Made by a program: the position numbers and the translations under genes
Notes under the pieces: model-generated
Told to the model about the DNA's origin: nothing
What the model saw: only the letters and a program-made list of their open reading frames with translations
The model's database searches: none
Shown: piece after piece, positions 36,715 to 49,845 of the stretch
Numbering within the stretch: position 1 is the stretch's first letter
Layout: every line of letters begins with the position of its first letter
Origin: Octopus vulgaris
Taxonomy: Eukaryota
NCBI GenBank assembly: GCA_951406725.2
Contig: OX597823.1
Span: 47,492,001-47,556,000 of the forward strand
Direction: 5' to 3'
Length of the DNA stretch: 64,000 bases

Positions 36715-37954
36715 CTTTATTTCTGAAACAAGATTGATTTTAGGTGTTGCCCCCTTAATCATCATCATCATCATCCTCGTTGTCATTGTTTTCAGTTCTC
36801 TTTTGTTACACATGACCTGATTGTTATTTTCTTAAACACATACATACATACACATACATGCAGATGCAGACATAAACATATGATTATTGGCTATTAGAAT
36901 AGATCCTTTTCAGAGATACACATGCACTTTTTAAGTGACATGTGCTCATTCTTGCATACAAGCACACATGCATAAATATTTGCATACTTACAAAAAACTG
37001 AGTATGCACTCCCAGACCTTTCACTGTACAAGTATGCGTGTCTGCATGCATATATGTGTGTATGTGTGTAAATTAATATATAAAATGTAGCTGTCTGTTG
37101 CTACTACTACCCTGGTATTTAGCTGCCATTAATACAGCTGTAGGGTGTCATCTCCTTATGGCTGCACCTCCTCCCACAATTAATCTCTATAAACATTTCA
37201 TAGAAGGCCTGATCTGTTTATCAACAAAACACTCGACAGCAGCCTCCTTCCTATCCACGTCCTTCCCTCGGCTGCTGCTCCTCCATTAAGTGTTGCTTTA
37301 CTTAGACTAAGCAGATTGGAAGCATTTACGATGTTACAGTTTTGCTGAGGTTGAAACCACTCAATCCCCTTAAACAGGGAGGAGTTTCAATTGACATTTT
37401 TCTACCTCAGACCACTTGTAGTACTTATTTATAGTTTTTTGTTTTTTTTCTGAAAGTTGTCTTAGTTACCTAATACACTTGTCCACTTATTTGGTAACAC
37501 CTACATGAGAGAAAGACAGAAAAAAAAAAAGAAAAAGAGAGAGCAAGAGAAAGAGATGTCAAAACATCACAGGTTACCCAGAAGTCATCTCACCTGTCAT
37601 TTTATATTACTTCTTGCTTTACTATCACGTTTAACACCTGCTAATTCTTTCTCAGTTACATTACCTCACACTCTCCCCATTAATACTCTGTATATTCTTT
37701 ATTCCTTTACCATCTCTCCCTCTCATTCAATGTTTCTTTCTCTGATATTTCACATGGGACTTCACTTGAGCGTTGCTCTTCCATCATCTTGGTTCCTATC
37801 AGTTCTCTCTGTCCTTACTCAGTTTCTTTGCTTGCTATTCTACTCTGTTGGGGTCTTGGGAGTTAGTCCTCCTCAGAATTCTGTATATTTTTAATACCTT
37901 AATTACTCACCTTCATGAACAGGGTCAGTGTTCTATTCTTTGACCCATATTGCT

Positions 37955-38285
37955 GAGACCCCCTTCAGTCATGACTGACCATGGGATTGTACCAAGAAAG
38001 TTACCCTCCCAGGCACAAGTCTGGGCAAGGTTGTTTATGGAAGACCAGCAGTCGCCCATGCATACCAGCCTCCCCTCTCCACACCACTGATGTTATCTAA
38101 GGGAAAGGTAAAGGTTGATACAGCTTGGCACCTGTGACGTCACGACTCATTTCTACAGCTGAGTGAACTGAGCAACATGAAACAAAGTGTCTTGTTCAAG
38201 TACACAACACGCATCTCAGTCTGCGATTCGAACTCACAACCTCACGATTGTAAGCTCGACGCTCTAACCACTGAGCCATGCACCT
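37955..38285 (-). mobile_element. SINE family E
   Basis: Minus head catggctcagtggttagagcgtcgagcttacaatcgtgaggttgtgagttcgaatc; imperfect flanking repeat tctttgacYcata. Confidence 0.88.
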
Positions 38286-38742
38286 TTACTCTTTGACTCA
38301 TAACTGGGACCCTTATTATGTAGTATCATCTTGGATGAAAGTAAATTCGAGAGCAGTGGTGATTATGAGTTAACTCCAGTAACTTTCTCAGTCATGTGGA
38401 GAACAGAAAGACATGCAGGTCTGTTAGCACCTGAAGACATGACACCTGTAGAAGAAGCAGTAGTAGGGAATCTGAAGAAACTAGCTGAAGGTGTAACGTC
38501 AGACCCTACCTTTTTTCATTTGTCATTCTCAGGAGCATCAATCTTGTGATCTGAACAGAGTAACAGCTCTGAGCTAATTTACGTAATCTTACTTCAACAG
38601 ACCCCTTTTTACAATTATGTCAGTGCCTAGATGTGTTAAATGTCCTTTTACTGTGCGCACATATTAAGCATGTACCCTAGCGTTAGGTATTAGTGTGAGT
38701 TTAGTGTGTAGATGTGTACCAAGATCTCTCCTTACACAGTCA

Positions 38743-38978
38743 TACCTATTTCTTTACTACCCACAAGGGGCTAAACACAGAGAGGACAAACAAGGACAGA
38801 CAAATGGATTAAGTCGATTATATCGACCCCAGTGCATAACTGGTACTTAATTTATTGACCCCCGGAAGGATGAAAGGCAAAGTCGACCTTGGCAGAATTT
38901 GAACTGAGAACGTAGCGGCAGATGAAATACCATAAAGTATTTCGCCCGACGTGTTAACAATTCTGCCGGCTCGCCGCC
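38743..38978 (-). mobile_element. SINE family B1, full length
   Basis: tacctatttctttac...ctgccggctcgccgcc. Confidence 0.9.
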
Positions 38979-39741
38979 TTAACATTCTTCTTATACATTC
39001 ATACCGGCCTGCTTTCACTACAACACTGTCCTCTTCCCCATCTCACAATAATGCCGTATGCTATCAATGCAACTCTTGAAGGCATCATTCTGGCTTGACC
39101 CGTCGAAAATGTCAAACAAGTGCATATTGCTTGGTTTTCGCATGTTTGTGTAGGAGTCTGACATGTGCACATATTTGTGCATATGTCAGTCTTTGTGTTG
39201 TGCCTCTGTGTGTGTGTATGTGTGTGTGTGCATGCGTGCACGTGTATTTGTAGGTGTGTGTGTTCAAATGCATGAATCTCACTTGTAAACCTGCCCTAAT
39301 AACATGCCTAATAAATAAACAAGTAGCATGTTACTAATGTATCATGTAATTAACTGACATTTATATAACTTTGATTGAGGCAAATTACTTTGTGGCAAGA
39401 AGTCTGTTGAGTTGTCTCCCTCCTCGCCGCCACCTCTGTCTCCTAGTAACGTTCACTTTTATTGCCAATGGGTAGAATCTATTGAAGGAGCTGTGGATAT
39501 TTATTTTATGTTTGTTTCACTTTAATGTTGGCACATTGAATCAAACAGCAATTGCTGTTGTTGTTTTAGAATAGTGTGTGTGTGTGTGCGTGCGTGCACA
39601 TACACATGTGTATCTGTAAATTTATTAGTGAAGCAGATCACTCAGAAGCTGCTTGGAATATTTGAATTGTATATTGATCACATGATTTATATAAGTATTG
39701 TGTGTGTATATATATATGTGTGTGTGTGTGTGTGTATATTT

Positions 39742-39941
39742 TATCTTTTACTTGTTTCTGCCATGCTGGAACATTACCTTGAAGAATTTTTAGATTAATG
39801 AATCGACACCCAATACTTTTTTTTTTGTATGTGTGTGTTTTCAAGCCTGGTCTATATTGGTCTCTTTTGCTGAACCACTAAGTTATGGGGATTTAAACCA
39901 TCACCAGTTGTCAAGTGGCAGTAAGGAACTTACACACACAC

Positions 39942-39973
<32 letters not shown>

Positions 39974-40065
39974 ATACAATGGGCTTCATTCAGTTTCTGT
40001 CTACCAAAGACACTTGCCCAAGGTGCCATGCAGGACCATATAGTTGGGAAACAAACTTCTTATCA
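39742..40065 (-). mobile_element. SINE family A, degenerate and deleted
   Basis: tcttttacttgtttc...ccatgctgg; gacacttgcccaaggtgcc. Confidence 0.65.
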
Positions 40066-40176
40066 CACCCCCTCACCTGTGCCTTATCTATCTATCATAT
40101 ATATATATATGTGTGTGTGTGTGTGTATACACATATTATTATTATTATTATTATTACTATTATTATTATTGTGGTG

Positions 40177-40413
40177 GGCTGGCAGAAACGTTAGCATGCC
40201 AGGTAAAATGCTTAGCAGTATTTCGGCTGCCTTTATGTTCTGAGTTCAAATTCCACCAAGGTTGACTTTGCCTTTTATTCTTTCGGGGTTGATAAATTAA
40301 ATACCAGTTGCATACTGGGGTCAATAAATTAAATACTAGATGCTTACTAGGGTTGATCTAATCAACTGGCCCTCTCCCTAAAAGTTTTGGGCCTTGTGCC
40401 TAGAGTAGAAACG

Positions 40414-40450
<37 letters not shown>

Positions 40451-40674
40451 TCTAAAGTGGCGAGCTGGCAGAATCGTTAGCATGCCGGACAAAATGCTTA
40501 GTGGCATTTCATCCACATTTACATTCAGAGTTCAAATTCCACCGAGATCAGCTTTGCCTTTCATCCTTTCATCCTTTCAGGGTTGATAAATTAAGTACCA
40601 GGAAAACACTGGAGTTGATGCAATCAACTAGTCCCCTCCCCAAAATTTCAGGCCTTGTGCTTATAATAGAAAGG

Positions 40675-40710
<36 letters not shown>
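40177..40710 (+). mobile_element. Two tandem SINE B2 copies with (ATT)n tails
   Basis: Heads at ~40177 and ~40457; tails end in agaaa(c/g)gatt(att)n. Confidence 0.85.
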
Positions 40711-40848
40711 GAGTGAGAGAGCAGTTCATGCCATCAAAGTGACACTGGGGTAAATATACGAAGCCCAATATACCCATCATGACTACCCGTGTGATAAGGA
40801 TACACCAGGCACATGCATCACAACCATATAATAGAAATGGTGATCTCA
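40711..40848 (-). mobile_element. Family F LINE 3' end within (ATT)n
   Basis: Reverse complement of ~9280-9422; (ATT)n on both sides. Confidence 0.8.
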
Positions 40849-40857
40849 TTATTATTA

Positions 40858-40892
<35 letters not shown>

Positions 40893-41466
40893 TATTATTA
40901 TATAAAGGCTCCATGTGCCTTAAAGTTCCACAGGCTTCCTGAAAAAAACCTACAAAACTTTAAGTCGCTTGGAGCTGAATCAAATTGTTTTAAATGATAA
41001 TACTTGTAACTTCTTCTATTGAATATGTTGAGTACCTTTTCCTTTTGTTTGTTCATTTAACCATGTGTAAACTCACAGGTCTTCAACCTGTGACTAGTTT
41101 GATAAGAGCTAACACACAAAACTCTCAGACTTTGAGTCACTCTGTTATATACTTATACTCATATTTTGAGTTCTCTCTCTTTCCTATTTGCATCAACATA
41201 ACTCTGTGTGAGTGTGTGTGTGTGTGTGTGTGTGAATACACGCACACGCCACACATAACATATTTTGTGGCATACAAATCAAATTTGTCAAACCAAATTT
41301 TACAGCCAAATATGGTAGGTCAGCTTATACACCAAGTCAACATTGGAGGGCCAAAAATTCTATGTTGAAATACAGCAGGGTTTGCAAAGATAGTGACATT
41401 TGAATGTTTACATTATATACTACTTCAGATTGTATACTGGGAGGTATGGTATGTGTGTGTGTGTGT

Positions 41467-41510
<44 letters not shown>

Positions 41511-41754
41511 ATATGTATTTACATATATATATGCATGTGTGTGTGTATATTATATTATATATATATATATATATATGTAGTATATGTATATATATATATA
41601 TGTGTGTGTCTATATATATATATGTATGTATGTGTATATGTATACATAGGTGTATATATATATATGTGTGTGTATATGTATGTATATATATGTATACATA
41701 TATATGTATACATATATATGTATGTACATGTATGTATGTGTGTGTATATATATA

Positions 41755-42120
41755 TAATCAGCCCATTCAAAAATACCTTGGATTGTAGGGTGATCTGATG
41801 TGCTTGAGACCTATTGAGTCAAGTACATCAACATCAAAATGAAAATCAAATGGAAATTGCTGGCTTCCATGCTGGTGGCATGTAAAAAGCACCAACCAAT
41901 CGTGGCCATTGCCAGCCTCCTCTGGCCCCTGTGCAGGTGGCACATAAAAAGCACCCATTATACTCATGGAGTGGTTGGCATTAGGAAGAGCATCCAGCTG
42001 TAGAAACACTGCCAGATCAGACTGGAGCCTGGTGCAGCCTCCTGGCTTCTCAGACCCCTGTCAAACACGCTAGCAATCTGTGCTAACATGGAAAACGGAC
42101 ATTAAACGAAGATGATGATA
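41755..42120 (+). mobile_element. RTE family C 3' UTR
   Basis: Two tggcaYRtaaaaagcacc units; ggttggcattaggaagagcatccagctg; (GAT)n tail. Confidence 0.8.
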
Positions 42121-43044
42121 TATATATGACCCAAGTTTTAATGAAACCATCAAACTATAAAACCTGCCAAATTATGTTTACATATTAACCCTATCATAAA
42201 ACTGACCTTCTCCACACTTCTGTCACCTCCTTATTTTCACAGTGAATTATTTAAATAAAAAAAAAGCTATCTATGGTCCTTAATAATCTTAAGATTGCCA
42301 ACCACATTTCACTCATGTGGTTTTTAGATATTGCTACGCTGAGTTATGGCTTTATAACAAAGCTCTACCTGAAAATTCATACCTAGATGGTTTGTTATTT
42401 ATTGTGGATATATTTACATTTTTTTCCTCTCTACTCCAGATACATTTGTTAGTATATTTTATTGTTTCTTATGATGGTCTAATCAAGTGAAGATCTAATG
42501 AAGATCTATAACAAAATAGACAATCTGCAAAGTTCTGAAAAAAAAATAGTAAGTCTTGAACAGCAGCCAAATCTATTGAGATCTTTAACTGTTATTTTAT
42601 TGTACCATTAGCTTTTCTTCTTTCCTTCTCTCACTTTATCTCTCACACCCATACAATCTTTCTCTCTCTCTCTCACACAATCTCTGTCGCTCACTCACTC
42701 ACACAATCTCTATCTCTCTATCTCCCTGAGATTTTCTTCCTTATTTATCAATGTCTTTCACTCTCTCTCTTTCTCATTGTTTTCTTGTTAACTATCCACA
42801 ATAATGCATGTATTGTAGTGCTGCAGTTCTATCACTGCTAGTAGTCTTCTAAATAATGGTGTGTCTTCAGTGGAGGGTGTTGTTAAAGTTGCCTCCAACT
42901 TAAACATCGTCTATTCTAAGACTATTTTATTGGTTCCCTCTTCCAAATATGTCTTCATTAGCAGCAGTAAGAAAGCAGATTTTAATCCCACACAAACCCC
43001 ATATGTGTGGTGCCATGTAAAAGCATCCAGCAAACTCTGTAAAG

Positions 43045-43062
43045 TTAGGGTTAGGGTTAGGG
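43045..43062 (+). repeat. Interstitial telomeric repeat (TTAGGG)3
   Basis: ttagggttagggttaggg between a C-tail fragment and a SINE A fragment. Confidence 0.75.
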
Positions 43063-43284
43063 CTGTAGTAGAAGACACTTGCGCAATGTGCAACGCAGTG
43101 GGACTGAACCAGAACCATGTAGTTCGTAAACAAGCTACTTACCACACAGCCACTCCTACGCCTATAGTTGATTCCTGGGGGATATCATCTAAAAATTGTA
43201 GGAACTTGCACCTAAAATCATCCAATCAGTTTCTGGAGGGTCACACATACACACACACATGCACAGTATGTATGCATGTGCACA

Positions 43285-43561
43285 TATCTTTTAGCTTTAA
43301 CTTGTTTCAGTCATTAGCCTGTGGCCATGCTGGGGGTACCACCTTGAAGAATTTTAGTCAAATAAATTGACCCCTGTAGTTATAAATCCTTGTAAAGCCT
43401 GGTAGTTATTTTATCGATCTCTTTTGCCAAACTGCCAAGTTACAAGGATGTAAGCACACCAATATTGGCTGTCAAGCAGTGATGGGGGGACAAACACAGA
43501 CACAAAGGTACGAGCGCACACATACACATGCACAGATACATATATATATATGCACACACAC

Positions 43562-43596
<35 letters not shown>

Positions 43597-43752
43597 TTTA
43601 TATACGATGGGCTTCTGTTTTTGTTTAATAAATCCACTCACAAGGCTCTGGTCAGCCCAAGACTATAATAGAAGGTACCTGCCCAAGGTGCCATTCAGTG
43701 GGACTGAACCCAGAACCAAGTGTTTAGGAAGCAAACATTTTACCACACAGCC
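43285..43752 (-). mobile_element. SINE family A
   Basis: Tail, body and head motifs with an expanded central microsatellite. Confidence 0.85.
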
Positions 43753-44394
43753 AAGAAAGTGAGGAACAAATGTGTGTGTGAAAACCCACACAAGTCTTAA
43801 GTGGCAAAGTATGTGACAATGAGTTCAAATCATACCACAACCAATGTGTCTAATTTATATGGTTAGAAGTAACACTGGTTAGCCATGAACTGAATTCTGA
43901 AAAATTACTCTAAAGTTATGCAACTATTCCAGTTTGTAAGAAAACTATCTTACCAATGCTGCTATGGTAGTTAAAAAGAAGAAAAAAAAAAACTAGAAAT
44001 TGAAAATAAATTACCTTAAACTCCCTCAGGGATAAACTGTTCAATTATGGATCATATTTGAAATTTCATATCTTTAATTCCCATGAGTGCTACGATATTG
44101 CAACATACCATATGTTTCAACCCAGTTTAGTTTCTACAGTGACAAGTATTTTGTTACTCATATGTAATTTATTTCGTTAAAGTCATCACACAAAAGACTG
44201 CTGCCATTGAAACTTGGGTTTGTTTTGTCTTTTTGAGTTTGTTTTTGTTTTTTTAATCAAAACTGGTAACAAATAATTTTCTTTTCTCTTATGTATATTA
44301 CTCCATTGGAAGTGTGACTGTATATTGAATTATCTTTGTTTATATATATATATATATATATATATCATCATCCTCCTCCTCCTTCTCATCGCCA

Positions 44395-44840
44395 TCATCA
44401 TTTAACATTCGTTTTCCATGCTGGCATGGGTTAGTTGGTTTGTCAGGAACTGGCAAGCCAGAGAGCTGCACCAGGCTCCAGTTGGGTTAGGGTTAGGGTT
44501 TCTGCAACTGATATATACATCATCATCATCGTTTAACGTCTACTTTCCATGCTAGCATTTACCTACAAGGGGTTAAACATAGAGGGGACAAACAAGGACA
44601 GACAAAGGTATTAAGTCGATTACATCGACCCCAGTGTGTAACTGGTACTTAATTTACCGACCCCGAAAGGATGAAAGGCAAAGTCGACCTCAAAGGAATT
44701 TGAACTCAGAACGCAGCGGCAGACAAAATACCACTAAGAATTTCACCCGGCGTGCTAACGATTCTGCCAGCTCGCCGCCAAATGAAATACTGCTAAGCAT
44801 TTTGTTCAGTATGCTAATGATTCTACGAGCTCGCTGCCTT
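44395..44840 (-). mobile_element. Cluster of two C tails, SINE B1 (~44556-44779) and an older B head (44781-44840)
   Basis: Motif matches to families C and B. Confidence 0.75.
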
Positions 44841-45314
44841 AAATATTTCAAAATATATTACAAGTTAATCATGCCAGAGTCATTGATTATTCAGATTTTG
44901 ACCATGAATTAATATAAATTTTAGTTTTCAGTAATTCTGAATAATTTAGACAAAAATAGATTTTATTTTTTGAATATCATGAAATATGCAGATGTTTCTA
45001 ATTTCAAGAATGAGCGGGCTCGTTCATGATGTTTGTGTTTACCATTGCTTTTGTAGAGGTGTATTCGGTTGTTCGAAGGTAACTGTTCTTAGTAAAAAGC
45101 AGTGTCGTCCCTGATAGTCACCTAGTCAACCTCCCAATGTCGTAAACTACTTTTAGCATTACGGACACTTGCCTTGTTGTCTACCACTACTTTTCTCATT
45201 ATGGTCTAAGAGAGTGATTCAAAAAAACACATACCCAAAGCAGCAAAAGTACCCTTTGATAAGAAAACCCATTTGTGCACTACAGAGCAATTTGGATATT
45301 TATATATAATCTTT

Positions 45315-45510
45315 CGTTCTACTTGTTTCAGTCAGTTGACTGCGGCCATGCTGGTGCATCACCTTGAAGTGAATTTGTCATGCAATTCTGCCCCAGGACT
45401 TACTTTTAAGCTAAAAATTTATTCTATCTGTCTCTTTGCCAAAGCACTGTGTTATAGGGACATAAACACACCAACACTGGTTGTCAAGCAATGATGGGGG
45501 GAGGCACAAA
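45315..45510 (-). mobile_element. SINE family A 3' part
   Basis: tacttgtttcagtcagttgactgcggccatgctgg. Confidence 0.75.
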
Positions 45511-45535
45511 CAAAAACATACACACACACGTGTAG

Positions 45536-45567
<32 letters not shown>

Positions 45568-45689
45568 ATGATGGGTTTACCTGTTCAAAATATATTCTCA
45601 TGGATAATATGTTCCTGGAATTTTGATAATTTACAAGAAATAAAATATGATCATGGATACAAACAGCTGAAATAGAGAGGAAAGTTCAA

Positions 45690-46695
45690 CTTAAGAAGCA
45701 TCAGATGTGGTGCGCAAAAGAGACAACTGTGCTGATATGCTCATGTGTTATAAATGGATGAGAACAGCTGTATGAAAAAGTATCCCACCCTTGCGGAAGA
45801 GGTAGACCCAGGAAGACCTGGGATGAGGTGGTGAAGCACAACCTTTGAACATTGGGCTCACTGAGGCAATGACAAGTGACTAAGTCCTTTGGAGATATGC
45901 TGTGCTTGAGAAGACCCGGCAAGCCAAGTGAGACCATAACCGTGACCTATGCCAGTGCAGCATAACCAGCCCATTTTAGAGTACCCTTCAGTGATTGGGC
46001 AATAAACTGTACTTGCAAAGACCTGTTGAGGCAAGTGAAATTGCTGTCATGGCTGATGACATTACCTATTTCTTTATTACCCACAAGGGGACAAACAAGG
46101 ACAGACATAGGTATTAAGTCGATTACATCGACCCCAGTGCATAACTGGTACTTAATCTATCGACCCCGAAAGGATGAAAGGCAAAGTCGACCTCGGCGGA
46201 ATTTGAACTCACAACGTAACGCAGACGAAATACCGCTAAGCATTTCGCCCAGCATGCTAACATTTCTGCCAGCTCGCCGCCATTATTCTGATGACATGAC
46301 ATTACCGAGTGATTGGCGCCTGTGCCAGTGGAATGTTAAAAGCACCATTCAAGTGTGATCGTTGCCAGGGCTGCTGAGTAGCTCCCATGCCTGTGGCATG
46401 TAAAAAAAAGCACCATTTGAGTGTAGTCATTGCCAGTGCTGCCAGACTGGCTCCTGTGCATGTAGCATATAAAAAGCACCATTTGAACATGGCCAAAGCC
46501 AGACTAGTCCTCATGCCAGTGACATGAAAAAGCACCCACTACACTCTCAGAGTGATTAGTATTAAGAAGGGCATCCAGCTTTAGAAACTTTGCCAGATCA
46601 GATTGGAGACTGGTGCAGCCTTCTGGCTCACCAGACCTCAGCCAAACCGTCCAATCCATGCCAGCATGTAAAGCAGATGTTAAACAACGATGATG
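45690..46695 (+). mobile_element. Degenerate RTE LINE 3' end (same family as 5067-5931) with a nested B1
   Basis: ggaagaggtagacccaggaagacctgggatgaggtggtgaagcac (GRGRPRKTWDEVVKH); UTR repeats; (GAT)n tail. Confidence 0.85.
46067..46281 (-). mobile_element. SINE B1 inside the RTE UTR
   Basis: Flanking direct repeat atgacattacc (46056-46066 / 46296-46306). Confidence 0.9.
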
Positions 46696-46696
46696 A

Positions 46697-46736
<40 letters not shown>

Positions 46737-46779
46737 GTGTATGTATGTGTTAACGTATATTCATATATGAATACATATA

Positions 46780-46988
46780 TGAAGTGCATTCAAAAAGTAT
46801 TCAATGAGTGTGCACTATACATCTGTTCTCTAGTGGTAAAAGGGTGAACTGATGTGGCCTACCGACATCAATATTTTCATTTATGTGCAGGAGGGAGTGG
46901 GGGTCACCTCCCACCCAAGCAATTTTACCCACACAGCATTAGCTTTGGTGAGAAAAAATAAAGTTGGATAATTTTTGAATGTACCACG
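46780..46988. mobile_element. mariner-type MITE
   Basis: TA flanks; 25-bp TIRs (19/25) tgaagtgcattcaaaaagtattcaa / ttggataatttttgaatgtaccacg; partial second copy at 50018-50125. Confidence 0.7.
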
Positions 46989-47258
46989 TATGTATGTATG
47001 CATGCATGTATGTATGCATGTATATATGTATGTATGTATCCGTTAAGTTCATTTGTGGGAAACATTTCTGAGTATGCCTGAAGAAACAAAAGCATGAACA
47101 AAGACCCACCTGATGTCCATAGATATTACAGGCTGAACTATAATCATCCCCAGCATGTGGACTACGGTCACAAAGACATGTGATTTGTGGAAATGCACAT
47201 TGTGATGCATTAAAATACTTATAAATTCTATCCATGGATTATTTTTATTATTATTACT

Positions 47259-47303
<45 letters not shown>

Positions 47304-47401
47304 CACATAAACCACAAACATACATACAAATAGATTGATAGATAGATAGACAGACAGACAGAGAGATAAAGAGATAGAGGGACAGGTAGTTTTTATATAT
47401 A

Positions 47402-47614
47402 TATTTCTTTACTGCCCACAAGGGGCTAAACATAGAGAGGACAAACAAGGACAGACAAAGGGATTAAGTCAATTACATCGATCCCAGTGCATAACTGGTA
47501 CTTTATTTATCAACCCCGAAAGAAGGAAAGGCAAAGTCGACCTCGGCGGAATTTGAACTCAGAACGTAGCAACGGACGAAATACCGCTAAGCATTTCGCC
47601 CAGCGTGCTAACAA
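47402..47614 (-). mobile_element. SINE family B1
   Basis: Absent from the paralogous segment 48591-48820. Confidence 0.9.
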
Positions 47615-47914
47615 TTCTCCCTACTTACCTAACTATCAGTCATACTATCTTTCTAGATATCTATCATTTGTGCAACCCAACCCCAGTTATTAAACAAAAA
47701 AAAATAAAAAAAAGATAGGCCAGCTGATAAAGGTGCTACATTCTATTACCTCATGTCACAGCATAAGGACATGCAATCGATAATCTAATATATAGGGTAA
47801 GAGGCAAATGCATGTGTGTGCATGTGTGTGAGGTCACTGTAGCACAGATGTTATCCTGTAAACATGCTGTATTCTCCCCTCATGAATAACAGTTTTCCTA
47901 ACAAAAAGTAAAGA

Positions 47915-47951
<37 letters not shown>

Positions 47952-48440
47952 GTGGTGGTGGTGGTGGTGGTGGTGGTGGTAGTAGTAGTAATGTTCCTCC
48001 TCTCTCACATCACCGGGAGGATATCCAGCTGTGAAAACTATAGATCCAACATGTGAACTATCCCACACAAGCTTGATATAAAGCAGTTAAAGATCTCTCT
48101 CTCACTCTCTCTCTCTCTCCCTTTCTCTCTCTTTCTTTCTCTCTCTATCTCTATCTCTCTGTGTCTCGCTCGGTTTCTCGTTCTCTCTATCTGTCTGTAT
48201 CTCTCTATTTCTCTTTCTGTCTGTCTCTATCTCTCTCTCCTCTCTCTCTCTCTCTCACAAACGCACACACACATGCACACATACATTTTTCTATCATTTA
48301 CTTGCTTCAGCCATTAATTGTTTGGAGGGATACAAAACAAATTATTCGTTAGGATTAATTAGGGTTGAATCAAACAGTTGTCTACAGTCAGCAACTTCAA
48401 TGTTTGAAGATTGCTTTCAGTTGAAAACTTACTGCCTTAA

Positions 48441-48618
48441 TCCTTCAACATTTAAACTGACTATATCTGGCCCAAATATTCTATCTTTTAAATGTTCAAA
48501 CTGATCAGACCTGTCCTCTCCTACCTTCTCTAAGCAATCATATCATTGAAATTTTAAAGCTAGGAGATAATATCTGGTTAATTTTTTAAAACACACAAAC
48601 CACAAACAGACATACAAA

Positions 48619-48651
<33 letters not shown>

Positions 48652-49255
48652 TGATGGAGAGATAAATTGATAGAAGGACAGGTAGTCTTTATATATAGTT
48701 TTTATCTCTCCCTACTTTCTTAACTATCAGTCATACTATCTTTCTATATATCTCTCATTTGTGCAACCCACCCCCAGTTATTAAACAAAAGAAGAAGATG
48801 AGCTGGCTGAATCAAAGGTGGAGTGGCTGTGTGGTAAGTAGCTTGCTTACCAACCACATAGTTCCGGCTTCAGTCCCACTGCGTGGCACCCTGGGCAAGT
48901 ATCTTCTACTATAGCCTCAGGCCAACCAAAGCCTTGTGAGTGGATTTGGTAGACAGAAACTGGAAAGAAGCCCATCGTATATTTGTATATATATATGTGT
49001 GTGTATGTGTTTGTGTGTCTGTGTTTGTCCCATCAACATCGCTTGACAACCGATGCTGGTGTGTTTATGTCCCCGTAACTTAGCGGCTCGGCAAAAGAGG
49101 CCAATAGAATACGTACTAGGCTTACAAAGAATAAGTCCTGGGATCGATTTGCTCGACTAAAGGCAGTGCTCCAGTATGGCCACAGTCAAATGACTGAAAC
49201 AAGTAAAAGAGTAAATAAGCATTACATTTGACTGAATAATGTGCATGCTAAAGGG
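48441..49255 (+). mobile_element. MITE G1 carrying a duplicated local segment and a SINE A
   Basis: TTAA-TCCTTCAACATT...ATGCTAAAGGG-TTAA. Confidence 0.75.
48820..49212 (+). mobile_element. SINE family A, full length
   Basis: ggagtggctgtgtggtaag...gaaacaagtaaaagagt. Confidence 0.93.
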
Positions 49256-49464
49256 TTAACATAACCAGGATGTAAATGAGGGGTTCTCTTTTATCAAGAC
49301 CTTGTGCCACACCAATCGTGTGAGGTCATTAAAAACTTTTCTGGAATCATTTCAATGAGGAAAAAATACTATGTCCAGTATATTCTCCAGATCTTTCTCT
49401 GTCAGACTGTCACTTATTTAGAACTTTGCAAAACTATTTGGATGAGAAAAGTATGTCTTTGACA

Positions 49465-49845
49465 CAGGCATAGCTGTGTGGTAAGAAGTTTGCTTCCAAA
49501 CCGAGTGGGTCTGACTTCAGTCCCACTGCATGCCCCCTTGGACAAGTGTCTCCTACTATAGCCTTGAACTGACCAAAGCCTTGTGAGTGGATTTGGTATA
49601 CGGAAACTGAAAGAAGCCCATCATGTATGTATATGTATGTCTTTGAGTTTGTCTGCCACCACCACTTGACAACTGTTGTTGGTTTGTTTACTTCTGTAAC
49701 TTAGCACTTCAACAAAAAGAGACTGATAGAATAAGTGCCATGCTTTAAAAAATAGGTACCAGAGTCAATTCATTTGACTAAAAACTCTTCAAAGTGGTGC
49801 CCCAGCATGGCCACAGTCTAATGACTGAAACAAGTAAATGATGAA
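49465..49845 (+). mobile_element. SINE family A
   Basis: Full motif set. Confidence 0.85.

Noticed and set aside
38331-38549. Protein-like ORF of 72 aa
   Set aside because: TTG start, no recognisable domain or clear splice sites; possibly an old TE relic
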